A stretch of DNA of 64,000 nt from Picochlorum sp. SENEW3 (lineage: Eukaryota). How positions within the stretch are numbered: position 1 is the first letter of the stretch; every line of letters starts with the position of its first letter. The notes beneath the pieces are model-generated. The model saw nothing but the letters and a program-made list of their open reading frames with translations, was not told the DNA's origin and searched no databases. The translations under genes were made by a program, and so were the position numbers. This document shows, piece by piece, positions 11,601 to 23,089 of this stretch. Location of the stretch: the NCBI GenBank assembly GCA_034226945.1, contig CP120458.1, forward strand, positions 496,001-560,000. The letters run 5' to 3'.

Positions 11601-14600
11601 GACATGAGTGATGTGGAAACACTCACCATTTTACTGAGGCTCCTTGATTCGGTGCTTTCCGTCGGGTCTGCGGAATATCACTCATCGGATTCTTCTGCAT
11701 CGGCTTGGGCATCAGATGATCGATGGTTGCAGCAACCAGCGGTAGCAGGCTTTCTTACATCCCCAGAATGTGCAGGTGATTTAATCTGGAGAAGAAGAAG
11801 ACCACGGTGGGTTGCAATTGAGAAGGTTTATATGAATCTAGAATGGAGAGCATCCCAAGCAGTATATAGAGATTTTGCATCTATATCTAACCCATGGATA
11901 TCTGTCAAGCGGATCCCAAAGATATACACTGATGCAGTTGGTCTATCACTTCATTATGTGCTCAAGGGTGGGAGCAGCCTCAGAGATCTGGCTGGCAGTC
12001 TCGTCGAGCGTGCTGCTAAACGATTTCCTCGATTAACAGAATATATTTATGCTCCATTATGTTCTGCACTCGCAAAAGTCCCGCATCAAATCCAGGTTGA
12101 TCTATCAGTGACGTGCTCCGACCTGATCCCAGTACTGTTGCAGGCGGCCAAAGATTCAGCCAGCAGGGCAGCAGAGGCTGTAGCAAGTGGCGTTCCAGGT
12201 AGGGCTTTGGATTTCTCATTCATAGAACGTTTCATTCTTTCTCAACGCCGTGTCATGCGTTTGCAGAGAGTGAAGAAGACCAATCAATGGGCATAGGAGC
12301 AACGACTCTGATGCGATGGGTCTCAGGGTGGAGGTATTTCACCAGGAACTACCATGGCTTTCGAGCCCTCATTCTCTCCATGATAGCGAGTTTTTCGTAT
12401 ACTGGACCAGAAGTACAAGTTTCAATGGCAATGACACAGGTTATGTTTGCTCTTAGATCAATGAGGCCTTCAGGAGCTGAGTCATCTGACGTAGCAGACC
12501 AAATCTGCTTGGATTGCATTCGGCTCGTCCAGGGATGCGGTGACGGCAGAGGATCTGGTCTTTCTGGTAGACAGGAGACGATAGTCACGTTGTTTCCCTT
12601 ATTTATTCTTCCAGACATCACAGCAGGATTGTCGAAGGAGTTGATTGTGTTTTATGGCCAGCAACTTGCAAGTGACACTCCTCTTTCCCGAAAGGTTGCA
12701 ATGGTTGCGATCGTAGTGATGCTTCTGCCACTGTGGAGGCCTTATTATGATGAAAGTTTTTCTGGAAAGACACCGAAAATGGAAAACCATATAGTGCGAG
12801 CATGTGAGGAGGGCCTCAAGAAATTCTTAGACGAGCAAGGAGAGATCATTCTACCCAAGCTTGTTCAGATGCTGTCCCTATCCCACCACGCCATGGCAAC
12901 ATTGGCAGAGGACGAAAGGGATAGGAGAATGAGGATCATCAGTGGAACCAAAGAAGATACCGTCGTCACTGCAGTTTTGAGCACTCTCTTGAAAGGCCTT
13001 GAGTGGCCATCAACTCCAAGTGCATTCAAGGATATTGCCAAAGGGAATTTCACAGTTCGGCACGCGAGGATTGTTCAAGTTCTGGCACAAGTAAATCCAT
13101 CTATCGTGATAAAATCGCTGAAAGATCCCATCGAGAGCATCCTAAGTAAGCCTCAGGATTATGACAAGCCAGCTACTGCTGCTGCTGCAGAGATTTGTGC
13201 GGGTCTGTTGGCTTCTGGAGTGGTTTTCGATGCCGCGGGGAGTACCCAATCTCCTTGGAATCAATGGCTTGGAAAACTAGTTTTTCAAGCATTGGAAAAT
13301 GCACCCTTTGACTTCCTGAATATTTGGGGTGATTGCGTGCTGAGGTTTGCAGTAAATGGTCTGAAAGAGAAGGGCATGGACAAGGAATACGTTCCTCTGA
13401 TCCTAGAGACTGCTCTGACTCAGCGTTCAATCAGTTCTGGCGTCATTTCAGTGTCAGATGTGCACAAAAGAGTGATTTATCTCACTGAATTATTACAAGA
13501 AGTCATTGGGGACTGTCTTGGCCAGGCACCAAAGCCTCTCTCAGTGGGGCAGATTGAAGAGAGCATTCTAATAAATTGTCTGGATGAGCTTCCCTCTCTC
13601 ATTGATAAGGGATGCGAAACTGATATATCGAGGCAAGCAGTGGCTGGATTGGTTGCAGATGTTTGTACCATCATTCTGACAACCTGTGCATCAAAGTGTC
13701 CTGGAGGAGTAGAGAAGATGATTGCTCTCGAGTCGAGAGTGCACAGCATGTTGGACGAGTTATACTATAGGTTTGATCTTGCAGTAGACTATTTCTTCAA
13801 TCAAAACAAAGATAAATTGTCGAAAGGAACAAGTAAAAGTGTCTCATCAGGAGGCATAGATTCCATTGATACGCATCCAAGAACTCTTGAAGAAAGCAAG
13901 GCTTTATCCCATCTTGCTTTCGTGTGTGAGCTCACGTACCAATTTCTAGCGAGTGCCTCATCTATTGTGACCACTTTTCTTATTAGGCCGATGAACAGTA
14001 TTATGAGATCTCTAGAGCTTATTCCTAGTGAATCACAGTTTGTTGCATCAGCTGCACAACTGGCATTGAGGACTCTGAAGTATCAGCCACTGGAGCCAGA
14101 AAGCGTCGCACATTCATTACAATCTTTGTTGAAATCATCACAGAGTACACTTTGGACGGAAAGAGCAGTTGCACTTCAGTTTATGCAGTATTTCTGGTTC
14201 AGAAATGCCATTCTTCTTGGAGAGGAGGGGAGTCAAACCGTGCTCAGGGAGGCCATGAGGCTTCTGGAAGATCCTAAGCTGGAAGTCCGCGACATGGCTT
14301 GTGCCACCGTGTCAGGCGTCATTAGAATAATGACACCTGCAAGCCAGAGGGAGTGCAGAAATTTAATCATATCTCGATCTCAAGAAGTCTTCCCAGACCG
14401 CAAGAGGCGAAGAAGAACAGATGGCAGGTCATCTAGCGATGAACTCATTGATTCCACCGCTGTCCGGCATGGAGCGGTGCTCGGGTTAAAAGCCCTCGTT
14501 ATATCATCACCGTACGATGTTCCTGAATGGTTACCTGAGGTCCTGATGTCTTTGGTTAGGCTGGCTTCAGAGCCAGCCCCAGTAAGAAGCACAGTAAGAG

Positions 14601-14725
14601 AATCCCTCTCCGAATTTCGAAGAACGCACGAAGAAGGAGGGCTCTTGGCAATAAAAGACGCGATCAGCGCGGAGCATTGGGAAGCAATCCGCGATGTGGC
14701 TACGCCAGCCAACTACTTTGTTTGA
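8662..14725 (+). CDS. PA200: Proteasome activator PA200/Blm10 (PSME4); introns 8720-8787 and 12199-12266
   Basis: N-terminal W.DWLP, YYHPSNGGKWS, LPGIDANDPPKS, C-terminal RHGAVLGL.ALV.SSPYDVP.WLP...EFRRTH and a terminal HbYX motif (YFV). ORFs 8862..12296 and 12287..14725 are joined in phase by a GT-AG intron. Confidence 0.95.
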
Positions 14726-14739
14726 TTTATTTACAGAGA

Positions 14740-16632
14740 TTAGAGCCACTGAGGTGTTCCTGTGTTTTCATAAATTTTTATTTCCCCCTTATAGCCGCAT
14801 GTTAAAATGACTTGTCCAAAAGCCGCATATTTTGCCTTCTCTGGAGAGACAGGCTTTAGTTGGACTGCCTCTGGTGCAAATACTGCAGAGGTAACAACAT
14901 CATCCGACACTTGAAATGATTCCCACGATGAGTTCTTCTCCTTGATGAATGGCTCGGAGATGGTTTCGATCGTCCGCTCAACCAAATTAGGGGATGCAGT
15001 TCGTGATGTTGAGGTCGGGAGCGTTGGTTTCCCTGGTATGGGAGATTTTGAACAGTCCCAGATATACACTGCCCCATCATCCGAACCGCAAATCACAAAA
15101 TTTCCCTTGGGAGAAAAGGATGCCTTGATTTGAGTTGATTTATTCGCCAGACCTTTATACTTGAATCTGAGAGTGAACCCATCGTACAAGCGAATTCTTG
15201 AATCATTTGACGTGATAAGTAGAGCGTTTGGAAATAGTTTTGGTGCAAATGTCAAGCCTGTGATCTTTTTACCTCGAGAATGCTGCCCTCTCTTGTTCTT
15301 TACATCCAGCTGCGCATCGTATTCCAGCGTGTTAGCGATTCCAAGGCTGTAAAATCGACACTTCCCCCGCATAGATCCTACGACGGCTTTATTTCCATCC
15401 CGCGAGAAGGTAACAGCTGTCACCATGTCATGAATATCTTGCCAACTCGATACTCGTGCCTCGGGCACATTCCACAATCTCACCTTTCCATCGATAGAGC
15501 CAGAAAGAAATAGAGTTTCATTCAAAGGATGTACAGCAATTGATGTCACAAAGTCATTATGGCGGAACACTTTTAGACACTCTGCAACAGAAATATGCCA
15601 TAATCTCACAGTTTTGTCCATTGACGCTGAGAAGAGAAAATTGCTACCAGACCATGACAAATCCAGAACATCTTTTTTATGACCCTTGTAGTGTCTGAAT
15701 GGAGTGGTATTCAGCACAGGAACGCCATACACCACCCCTGGTGCCTCAATGCTCTCATGCTGACCCACCATTGAAGCCTCCTCTCCGTCAGGAACCTCGT
15801 CATCATTGCCTGCTTTAGCACTCGTGCTTCTATTCGTATCTACTTTCCAAACTATAACATTGGTATCCTGGCCAGCAGTGGCCAAATACCTTCCAGACTT
15901 GCTAAATTTTGCTGCCCAGATCACTCCCTCGTGGGCATAGATGCTTTGCACCAGCCTTAGCCCAGAGAATTCCTTGAAATTCTTCCTCGACGTAAGAACT
16001 TTTACCTTGAGTCCTAGAGAATCTTGCGTCGGCGAAGATGCACTAGACAACGATCTCTGTACCGGAGAATCGGATGCCTCCGATGGCACGTGTCTCCTGA
16101 GCCCAAGCCGTGACATGGTCTCATGAAACCATCGAACGCCCGAACGAACAATGGCTGGATTCGTGACAGCACGGTCCTCCATGGCGATCTCCGGAGACAT
16201 AACATGACCACGATACCCCATCGAGGACTCGAAATCTTTCAGCGCAAGACTCTCTCCAGTCAAAATATCTGACACTTGTATATCAGCAGCCTTCTCATGG
16301 TATCCCTGCTCCATTGGACCTGTCGCTGAAGGACCAGCGTCACCTGCGCTGCTCTCCATACGCTTTGTATCCTCCAGCGAATACACCTTCCCGGTATCAA
16401 TGTCTTTGATCCAATATTTGGGGTCCAACCCCAACACTTTGCCAGAACCCTCCAAGTCAACCCCCTCGAGCTCCTTCTCCATCGCATATATACCAGACTT
16501 GGGAGCTGATTTTGGTGGAACACTAAATAAAGACGATAGAAAAGCACTTGAAGAGCCTGCATTGGAACTACTGCGACGTTCCTCCTCCAGAGTTCCTTGA
16601 TGCGAATCTGGTTTCTCCCCTTCCAAGACCAT
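14740..16632 (-). CDS. WD40-repeat protein, WDR44-like
   Basis: AHEGVIW..KFS..G.YLATAGQD, GHKKDVLDLSWS, SMDKTVRLW, HNDFVT, LITSNDSRIRLY. Confidence 0.92.
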   Translation of the reverse strand: MVLEGEKPDSHQGTLEEERRSSSNAGSSSAFLSSLFSVPPKSAPKSGIYAMEKELEGVDLEGSGKVLGLDPKYWIKDIDTGKVYSLEDTKRMESSAGDAGPSATGPMEQGYHEKAADIQVSDILTGESLALKDFESSMGYRGHVMSPEIAMEDRAVTNPAIVRSGVRWFHETMSRLGLRRHVPSEASDSPVQRSLSSASSPTQDSLGLKVKVLTSRKNFKEFSGLRLVQSIYAHEGVIWAAKFSKSGRYLATAGQDTNVIVWKVDTNRSTSAKAGNDDEVPDGEEASMVGQHESIEAPGVVYGVPVLNTTPFRHYKGHKKDVLDLSWSGSNFLFSASMDKTVRLWHISVAECLKVFRHNDFVTSIAVHPLNETLFLSGSIDGKVRLWNVPEARVSSWQDIHDMVTAVTFSRDGNKAVVGSMRGKCRFYSLGIANTLEYDAQLDVKNKRGQHSRGKKITGLTFAPKLFPNALLITSNDSRIRLYDGFTLRFKYKGLANKSTQIKASFSPKGNFVICGSDDGAVYIWDCSKSPIPGKPTLPTSTSRTASPNLVERTIETISEPFIKEKNSSWESFQVSDDVVTSAVFAPEAVQLKPVSPEKAKYAAFGQVILTCGYKGEIKIYENTGTPQWL

Positions 16633-16858
16633 TATACCCTACGCAGTTCTGATATTAATGGTAAAAGGGTCTATAGAATAGGTCTAGTGCAAGTAAATCG
16701 TGCATCTAAGGCTACTAGTGCGCATCAAAGGCCGCTTTCTCACCCACCCACAGAGAGATATGCAGTCAGCGACGTCTCAACTGGGATGATTTGGATGAGA
16801 TGGAAAATGATTTTACAACCAGAGTATGTATAGTACATCGGCATTTGTTTCTTCTTGT

Positions 16859-17731
16859 TTAAGCAACCACATTTGATGGCGTTTCTTGGGTGGCATCATT
16901 CAGAGCCATGAGAGCACGCACAGCTACGTCATCCTCTGTGCGATCCTTTCTCTTTCTACTATGAACAGTAGATGCGAGTGTCTGTCGCAGAAGGGCATCA
17001 TTCATAGTCTCACTCTGCAACGCATCTTTGATCTGCTGCACCACGCTGGAGAGAGCAGTGTTTCCAGGCTTTTCTTCCTTGAGGGAGTTATTTTCAGAGT
17101 CCTGGGTCTTTCTTATTGCCTGTGCGAGCAAATTGGTGATGCGATGCTGTGCATTTCCATAACTGACGACCGCATCTTCCTCAAGTCCGGAAGAGCCCGG
17201 CATGGAGCTTTCCTGTGACGCGTTATGCTCAGGGGCATCCCCGCTCTTCCCATTGGTAGCAGCAGAGCCATTCAACTCCCGCTTCAAAATGCCAGCCAAC
17301 AGATTCTTTGCTTCTTGTAATTTGCTCGAGCTTTCTGCATTGTCTTGTATCTCCTCTTGAGTGTTTGGGTGTATACCCACATCCTCCTCACTCCCCTTGG
17401 AGGAGTGAGAATCCTTCTTGATGATGCCCTCTGATGCTCCTGGCTGGCCAGGAGGTTTGACAAACCTGGAAGCCAGTTGCATAGCCCTCCGAGCTCGCTC
17501 CTTCCTCGCCTCCTTTCCAAACGCGGGATGCAATTCCAAAAGTTCAATCAATTGTGCATTCAGTAGGTCTAATTCGCTCGAGCTAGGCACCACATGACTC
17601 ATTCTAAACTTGCCCAGGTGCGTATTCAACACAGCCACCAACGTGCTCTGCACCCTTTGAAATGCAGGAGCAGAGCCAATGCTACAATTATCGGGTACGC
17701 CCACCCTTTTACTGTACTCTGAGACATTCAT
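16859..17731 (-). CDS. Hypothetical protein
   Basis: Open frame of about 290 codons from MNVSEY with coding-like composition and a basic RKRK patch. No family recognised. Confidence 0.65.
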   Translation of the reverse strand: MNVSEYSKRVGVPDNCSIGSAPAFQRVQSTLVAVLNTHLGKFRMSHVVPSSSELDLLNAQLIELLELHPAFGKEARKERARRAMQLASRFVKPPGQPGASEGIIKKDSHSSKGSEEDVGIHPNTQEEIQDNAESSSKLQEAKNLLAGILKRELNGSAATNGKSGDAPEHNASQESSMPGSSGLEEDAVVSYGNAQHRITNLLAQAIRKTQDSENNSLKEEKPGNTALSSVVQQIKDALQSETMNDALLRQTLASTVHSRKRKDRTEDDVAVRALMALNDATQETPSNVVA

Positions 17732-18235
17732 CGCAATGAGAGTAGTAGTCAATAACAATACTACCAAGGGACAGATCCTTTAATAGTATTACATGGAAGT
17801 GCCAAAAACACGTGGTAGCACTCTCCCACGGGTATCTCTTTGGATATAAACCAACCAAAAGATGTAACCGTCTTTGTATGAACAAGTGAAAAGAGTTGAA
17901 ACACGTCCGAGTTTTCTAATGCTCCGAATAGGTATATTATGGACACAATTATAGACAAAACTAGTATTTCTAATCGCTACTATGGACAAAACATACTGAA
18001 TAATAATAAATTTGCGAAAGAATTGGCATGCACATGGTTTTCTCTCTGTCTGACTGACAGACTGGCATTGGACAATCCGAGACAAGGAGCCATGGCATGT
18101 GTACATCATGATGATGACAGATAAGTATGATGGATGTTTTGCCATCTCTATACACGTGTCTATATAGATAGATACAAATGCCCACAGATGTTTCACTATT
18201 ACATGTCTATAGATACCCATACACATGTATTACGG

Positions 18236-19482
18236 TTACTTTGAAGAAATGGTGGCAGTATTCTGTCGTTGGCCACCTCTGCCTCGACCTCTGCCCCTGC
18301 CCCTGTGTTGGCTGTGGCGAGCAACTGTTCCGAATGTTGCCACGTCTGTTCTTCTCTGCTGTGCCATTCTAGCATGTCGATCATTCGCGTTTTGCTGGCG
18401 TTCCAATGCGTCGCATGATAAGGAATCAAAGAAATCATCCTTCTTGTACACATCATCCTTTGATGGGATGTGTGCTCCTGCTTCCTGAGCAATCTTGTCC
18501 TTGTCAAACTTTGATAAACTTTCCTCAAAATCGAATTCTTCCTTGGGAATGGTGATTGGCTGTGGTGGAGGGGGAGGGGGACCATGGCTCCCTCTGCCTC
18601 CTCTGCCACCTCTGCCAGAGGCCATGTGCCCATTGCCTCTACCTCCTCTTCCGCCAGAATACTGCTTCCCTCCACCTCTTCCTCCTTGATATGATGCTGG
18701 TGGCCTATTCGATGGATTGGTTCCACCAGCAGCGTGGGCATAACTTAATGGCTTTGATTTTGGCTTGGCTGGTTGCTCTGTTGCAACTGATGCAACTGAC
18801 ACTGTTGGAGCTGGTGCTGGCGCTGGAAGAGTCGTCTGCTGCGAGCCTATGTCTGAACGAACAGGTGCCTGAGCAGTCTGCCCCCATGGATTGGAACCAA
18901 ATGAATCTGCCTGTGGTGCTTGCTGCTGAACTGCAGGCTGCCCCCATGGGGATTGGACAGGTGGTGGTGGTGGCTGTGATTCAACTTGGTTTGTATACGC
19001 TGGTGGAGGCTCCAACACTGTCAACTCTTGAATTTCGGCACCTGCAATGTAAAAGCAAGCAAAGATATGATTTTGATATTTGTCATGTATTCCATGCTCC
19101 TGAGACTCATGACAGGTATGCAATCAACATACCTTTAAATACAACCATGTCAAACACCTGAGCAGATGGTGGCATTGCTGGTCCATTCACTGGCCTTCCT
19201 TCAGTTCCAAAGCATCGAACTGCACGCATATATATAACAACATGATGATCCAATCAATGACCAGCCAATCGCTGGGATTTTGCTAGATAGAGCACCGTGT
19301 GATGCATGCTGCCCCATCATAGGCATACACAACAACTAGTACAGATATAACCTACCACCAGAGAGTGTAATAGCGCTGTTTGGCATGTCAATCGAGGAAA
19401 GGACGCCCTCATATCGAACTCCGCCGTGCGTCACCAAGGACATGAGCGACCCAACATAGGGAAGTCCTGCTCCTTCAGCCAT
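18236..19482 (-). CDS. DCP5: LSM14/Scd6/DCP5 decapping factor; two introns
   Basis: Lsm14 N-terminus (YVGSLMSLVTHGGVRYEG.L..ID...|RCFGTEGR...VFK|G.EI.EL), FDF (EEFDFE), FFD (YKKDDFFDSLSCD), TFG box and RGG repeats. Confidence 0.93.
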
Positions 19483-19683
19483 ATTTCTACAGTATCTTAT
19501 CCCTCAACTACAAGAATACGTTATATGCACCTATACAACCAGTATTTCCTATGCCGGCGTTCTTCTGATGCCCCTTGACGAATACAAGACGGCCAAATCA
19601 CACTGACTGCGTTGTATTATATGGATACAATGTTTTACAATACTTTTTTTAATATTCAGACAGAAGATGATGCCATTGTATCA

Positions 19684-21498
19684 TCATACAATAGTTGCAA
19701 CCATGATGGGTTGCACCAAACCTGGTTCCATCATCTCAAACTCGAATTCGAACAATTCTGGTTGTCCAGAGTGGAGGGGGGGATTCTGTATCTCATCCCA
19801 ATGGAATGGGGGAAGAGAGTGATCTGATCCTCTGGTTGGTCCATTGATAACTTCAGCTTTAAAATTGAGGGCAAGGGAATAGGATGTGACCTTTGAGTCA
19901 TAACATCCTCGCGCCTCTCTGGCAGCAGCATCACTGAGGTCACCCCTTCCACAGATTGAAAAGACTGGGTTTCCTTTGGAGTATGCATCTGATTGAAAAT
20001 CATTATAGCGCATGATGGACTTCATCGCATCGAGGGAGTCGACGTTGGATTGGTCTCTTCGAAAGATGTTTGAGCGGGGACTGGATGTGTAGGACAACCA
20101 CAGCAGCATGTCATAGTACTCTTCATCTTGTCTCAGCTTTGGGTCGTCGAAATCAGGATACCCGCTTTGTTTGTATATCTCTGGGAAATATGGGATGTTC
20201 ATGGATGGCCAATACCCTTCCAGGAGCGTACTTGTCAGATCTTGAAATTCCACTAGTCCTGGGATTTGCTCAATGACTGTCAACAGCCCAGGCATGACCA
20301 GCTGATGGCTTGGGTCAAACTTGTTCAAGTCCACCACCATGTACTGATTATTATATGTACCAGAATTCTCTCTCTTGAAGATGTTGGCCCACTCATCCCC
20401 CGTAGACGCCAAAAAGTTGGCAGCCCTGACCCTTTGCCAACTCAACACAGAGTGGGGGTCCAGCTTCGAAAGCACGTCTCTGTTGAACATCTTGTTGGTC
20501 GTTTGCAGCAACACAAGCCTCGACCCCAGAATGAAAAAGTCATCATCGCTAAATACTTCACCTGGATAGGATGAAAAGGACATGTGCTGCGCTGCTGGCT
20601 GCAGCTCTGTCAAATTAAAGGTATAATGCTTGTAAATTCTGAGCATGGCTGTATACGAATCCCATGTGGAATGCCCCATGTAAATGTCTGACAAATCCGG
20701 AGCCAGCTTGACCAGTGCAGAACATTTCCCTGTCAAAGCAATATCCTTTAGGAAAGTAGCCTTGTTCGATATGTTCCAATGCGGCAGTTGGGAAGGATCC
20801 ATGGAATCAATCACATCATACAAATCCCCATTTGACTCTAGGAATAAAAAATCAGAGTACCCCATATGAGGCAATGCCTTGTTTTCTTTCATTGCATGTT
20901 GATACCCAGATACTACTCCATCAAACTGACGCACTGACAAACACACGGCCATCCAGAATCTCATTGTTCTTCTCCTCCCATCAGAGAAGAAGACCTTGCT
21001 CCACCTGCCAGGTGACATGTCCATACCAGTGTGCTTCTTGCACATCTTCCTCATCCACGCATCCTGTGTATGAACCCAATCCATGGGTTCATCCAGCGAC
21101 GCATTCATCGTCCTTGTAAAATACGAATGCAAATTCCTGAAATTCTCCGAAATCCTTGTCGCAGTCACATATCCTTCCAAAAACCCAGCAGCAAACATCT
21201 GCTCCTCATCTCCATATTCTCCACTCGTACGAACCTCAAACACCCCAAAATTACTTTTCCGTTCAGATGAATCGACATAGGTCCCCCAAGCAACGTCCCC
21301 TCGCCTGCCATTCTTCTTCTTGAATAAAGTCACAATATTCAAAGACCCTTCCACCCTCACACTTGGACCTTGTTCCTTTTGATTACTATCCCATGCCAAT
21401 GCATTATTAGTAATAGGTACTAATAATAGAGCCGATATCAGCGGTATTCGGAGGATGGCCAACAACAGCAACAGTCCACGCATCGCATCGCATTCCAT
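19684..21498 (-). CDS. Phospholipase B-like protein (PLBD, Ntn-hydrolase), secreted/vacuolar
   Basis: Signal peptide, AAGFLEG, CSALVK...GHSTW.SY..MLRIYKHY, FSSYPG...S.DDF, NSGTYNNQYMVVD, R.NIFRRDQ, MRYND. Confidence 0.95.
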   Translation of the reverse strand: MECDAMRGLLLLLAILRIPLISALLLVPITNNALAWDSNQKEQGPSVRVEGSLNIVTLFKKKNGRRGDVAWGTYVDSSERKSNFGVFEVRTSGEYGDEEQMFAAGFLEGYVTATRISENFRNLHSYFTRTMNASLDEPMDWVHTQDAWMRKMCKKHTGMDMSPGRWSKVFFSDGRRRTMRFWMAVCLSVRQFDGVVSGYQHAMKENKALPHMGYSDFLFLESNGDLYDVIDSMDPSQLPHWNISNKATFLKDIALTGKCSALVKLAPDLSDIYMGHSTWDSYTAMLRIYKHYTFNLTELQPAAQHMSFSSYPGEVFSDDDFFILGSRLVLLQTTNKMFNRDVLSKLDPHSVLSWQRVRAANFLASTGDEWANIFKRENSGTYNNQYMVVDLNKFDPSHQLVMPGLLTVIEQIPGLVEFQDLTSTLLEGYWPSMNIPYFPEIYKQSGYPDFDDPKLRQDEEYYDMLLWLSYTSSPRSNIFRRDQSNVDSLDAMKSIMRYNDFQSDAYSKGNPVFSICGRGDLSDAAAREARGCYDSKVTSYSLALNFKAEVINGPTRGSDHSLPPFHWDEIQNPPLHSGQPELFEFEFEMMEPGLVQPIMVATIV

Positions 21499-21633
21499 GC
21501 CCTTTTTTCTGACTCTTCTTATACTGTAGCTATGCAACCACACATCTATGTATATATCAACAATAATATGTTACTGTATATATCATTATTACAAGCGACG
21601 ATGATGATGATTAATGGTTGATATAAAAATCCG

Positions 21634-22488
21634 TCACTCATTCACTGGGAATTCGAACACCACCTCTTGTCCGGTGAGCTTCTTATACACCCCACTAAAT
21701 GACTCGGTGCGTGGCTCTGCAGAGTTCCTGTCCTTTGGATCTAACAACACCTTCAACACACGGCTGCCATCCACTCTGTGACGCATACGCTTGCCAACAA
21801 TCTCTGTTGGGTAGACCAAATCTTCCAACCAAGCTTCATGGACAGATGTGAGGGTTCTGGACCTTGGTCTCTGGACTCTGGATCCCTTTCTTGGAGGAGG
21901 GACGATGCGCCTCACGCCCACAATCACCACATCACGGCCGCTGAATTTTTTCTCCAATTCGCGCACGAGCCTCTGCTGCACCTTGTGGAATGACTTCAAC
22001 AGCCTGTATGGGACCTGAATCATGATGGCCTTTCTGGATGAGGACACATCCACTTCCTTGGCACCAGCAATATACAAATCACGCAAATCCGCCTTGAGCT
22101 CGGAGTTGGTTGCCTCCAAGTCGAACAGAGCCTGCAATGTATGTATATGTTATGATTGTGTGTGAAGAAGACGTTTTTTAATATCAGCAGCAGCACCACC
22201 AATATGGTTGCTATGACACTGGGGCAGACTCACAGCCCCTGCCAACTTTCTCTCCCATGGATAACAGACTCGTGGAATACGCATAGTGACATTTAATTCA
22301 TTAAAAAAGCCAATCGCATGCTAATGCTCATCTACTCATCCACCCACAGGGCAACTAGCCACCCAATCGACGACGGCTCCCCCGCCGGCGGCACCCATTC
22401 TTCCACGCACCTGTGCAACTTGCTCTTCTAACTCATCTACAGGCTGTCCAGCCTCTTTCACAATCTTTTTACGCACAACAGTAGCCAT
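21634..22488 (-). CDS. RPS7: 40S ribosomal protein S7 (eS7); intron 22132-22410
   Basis: [11 protein letters not shown]...[45 protein letters not shown]. Confidence 0.97.
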
Positions 22489-23089
22489 GTTGGTGAACAG
22501 ACTGCAGCAAGAAGAAGTCCAAATAATTAATTTCATTTCATTTCATGGTCCAGCAGTCTCTCGAGCTCTCTCTCTCTCTATCTTATAGTGCAGAAATGCA
22601 ATGCAACTCACCTCCGATGCCAATATATGTAAATCTAAAGTATTAATTGTATGGGTAATGATGATCGGTGTAGCCGTGATGAGGAAGAATGTTGAGACTC
22701 CGCCATGGCCATTGGCCAACCACGAAGGCAATCTGTCCAGAGTAATTCGACAATCGCATCACATGCAGTCTCATGTCATCCTCAGACCATCAATGCATGG
22801 GCCCAATGGGGGACACAACACTGCCAAATGTATGTGTTTTTGCCTTGAATAGGGACAGAGATACGGACCGACGATGAATCTACCTTATGGCCTGGTAGTA
22901 CGGCGTTTTCCTAGTATTCATATACCATTGTGTTGGAACAATAACATATGCCTGTAGAATAATGGACAAAGGAGGCATAGGCGAACGTATGGCTGTACGA
23001 CCACGTCCGATTGTTTGAGAGCGTTAGCGGTATCGGTTGTGGGGTACAACCATTGGTAGTAGTTGTGGTGTAGTTTATTAGTTGATTAT

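Noticed and set aside
12199..12296. Apparent frameshift splitting PA200 into two ORFs
   Set aside because: Explained by a normal GT-AG intron (12199-12266) that joins the frames.
5497..14725. Apparent chromatin cluster (H1-like, TAF9, HDAC, PA200)
   Set aside because: The adjacency is plausible by chance in a gene-dense genome, and no shared regulatory element is visible.
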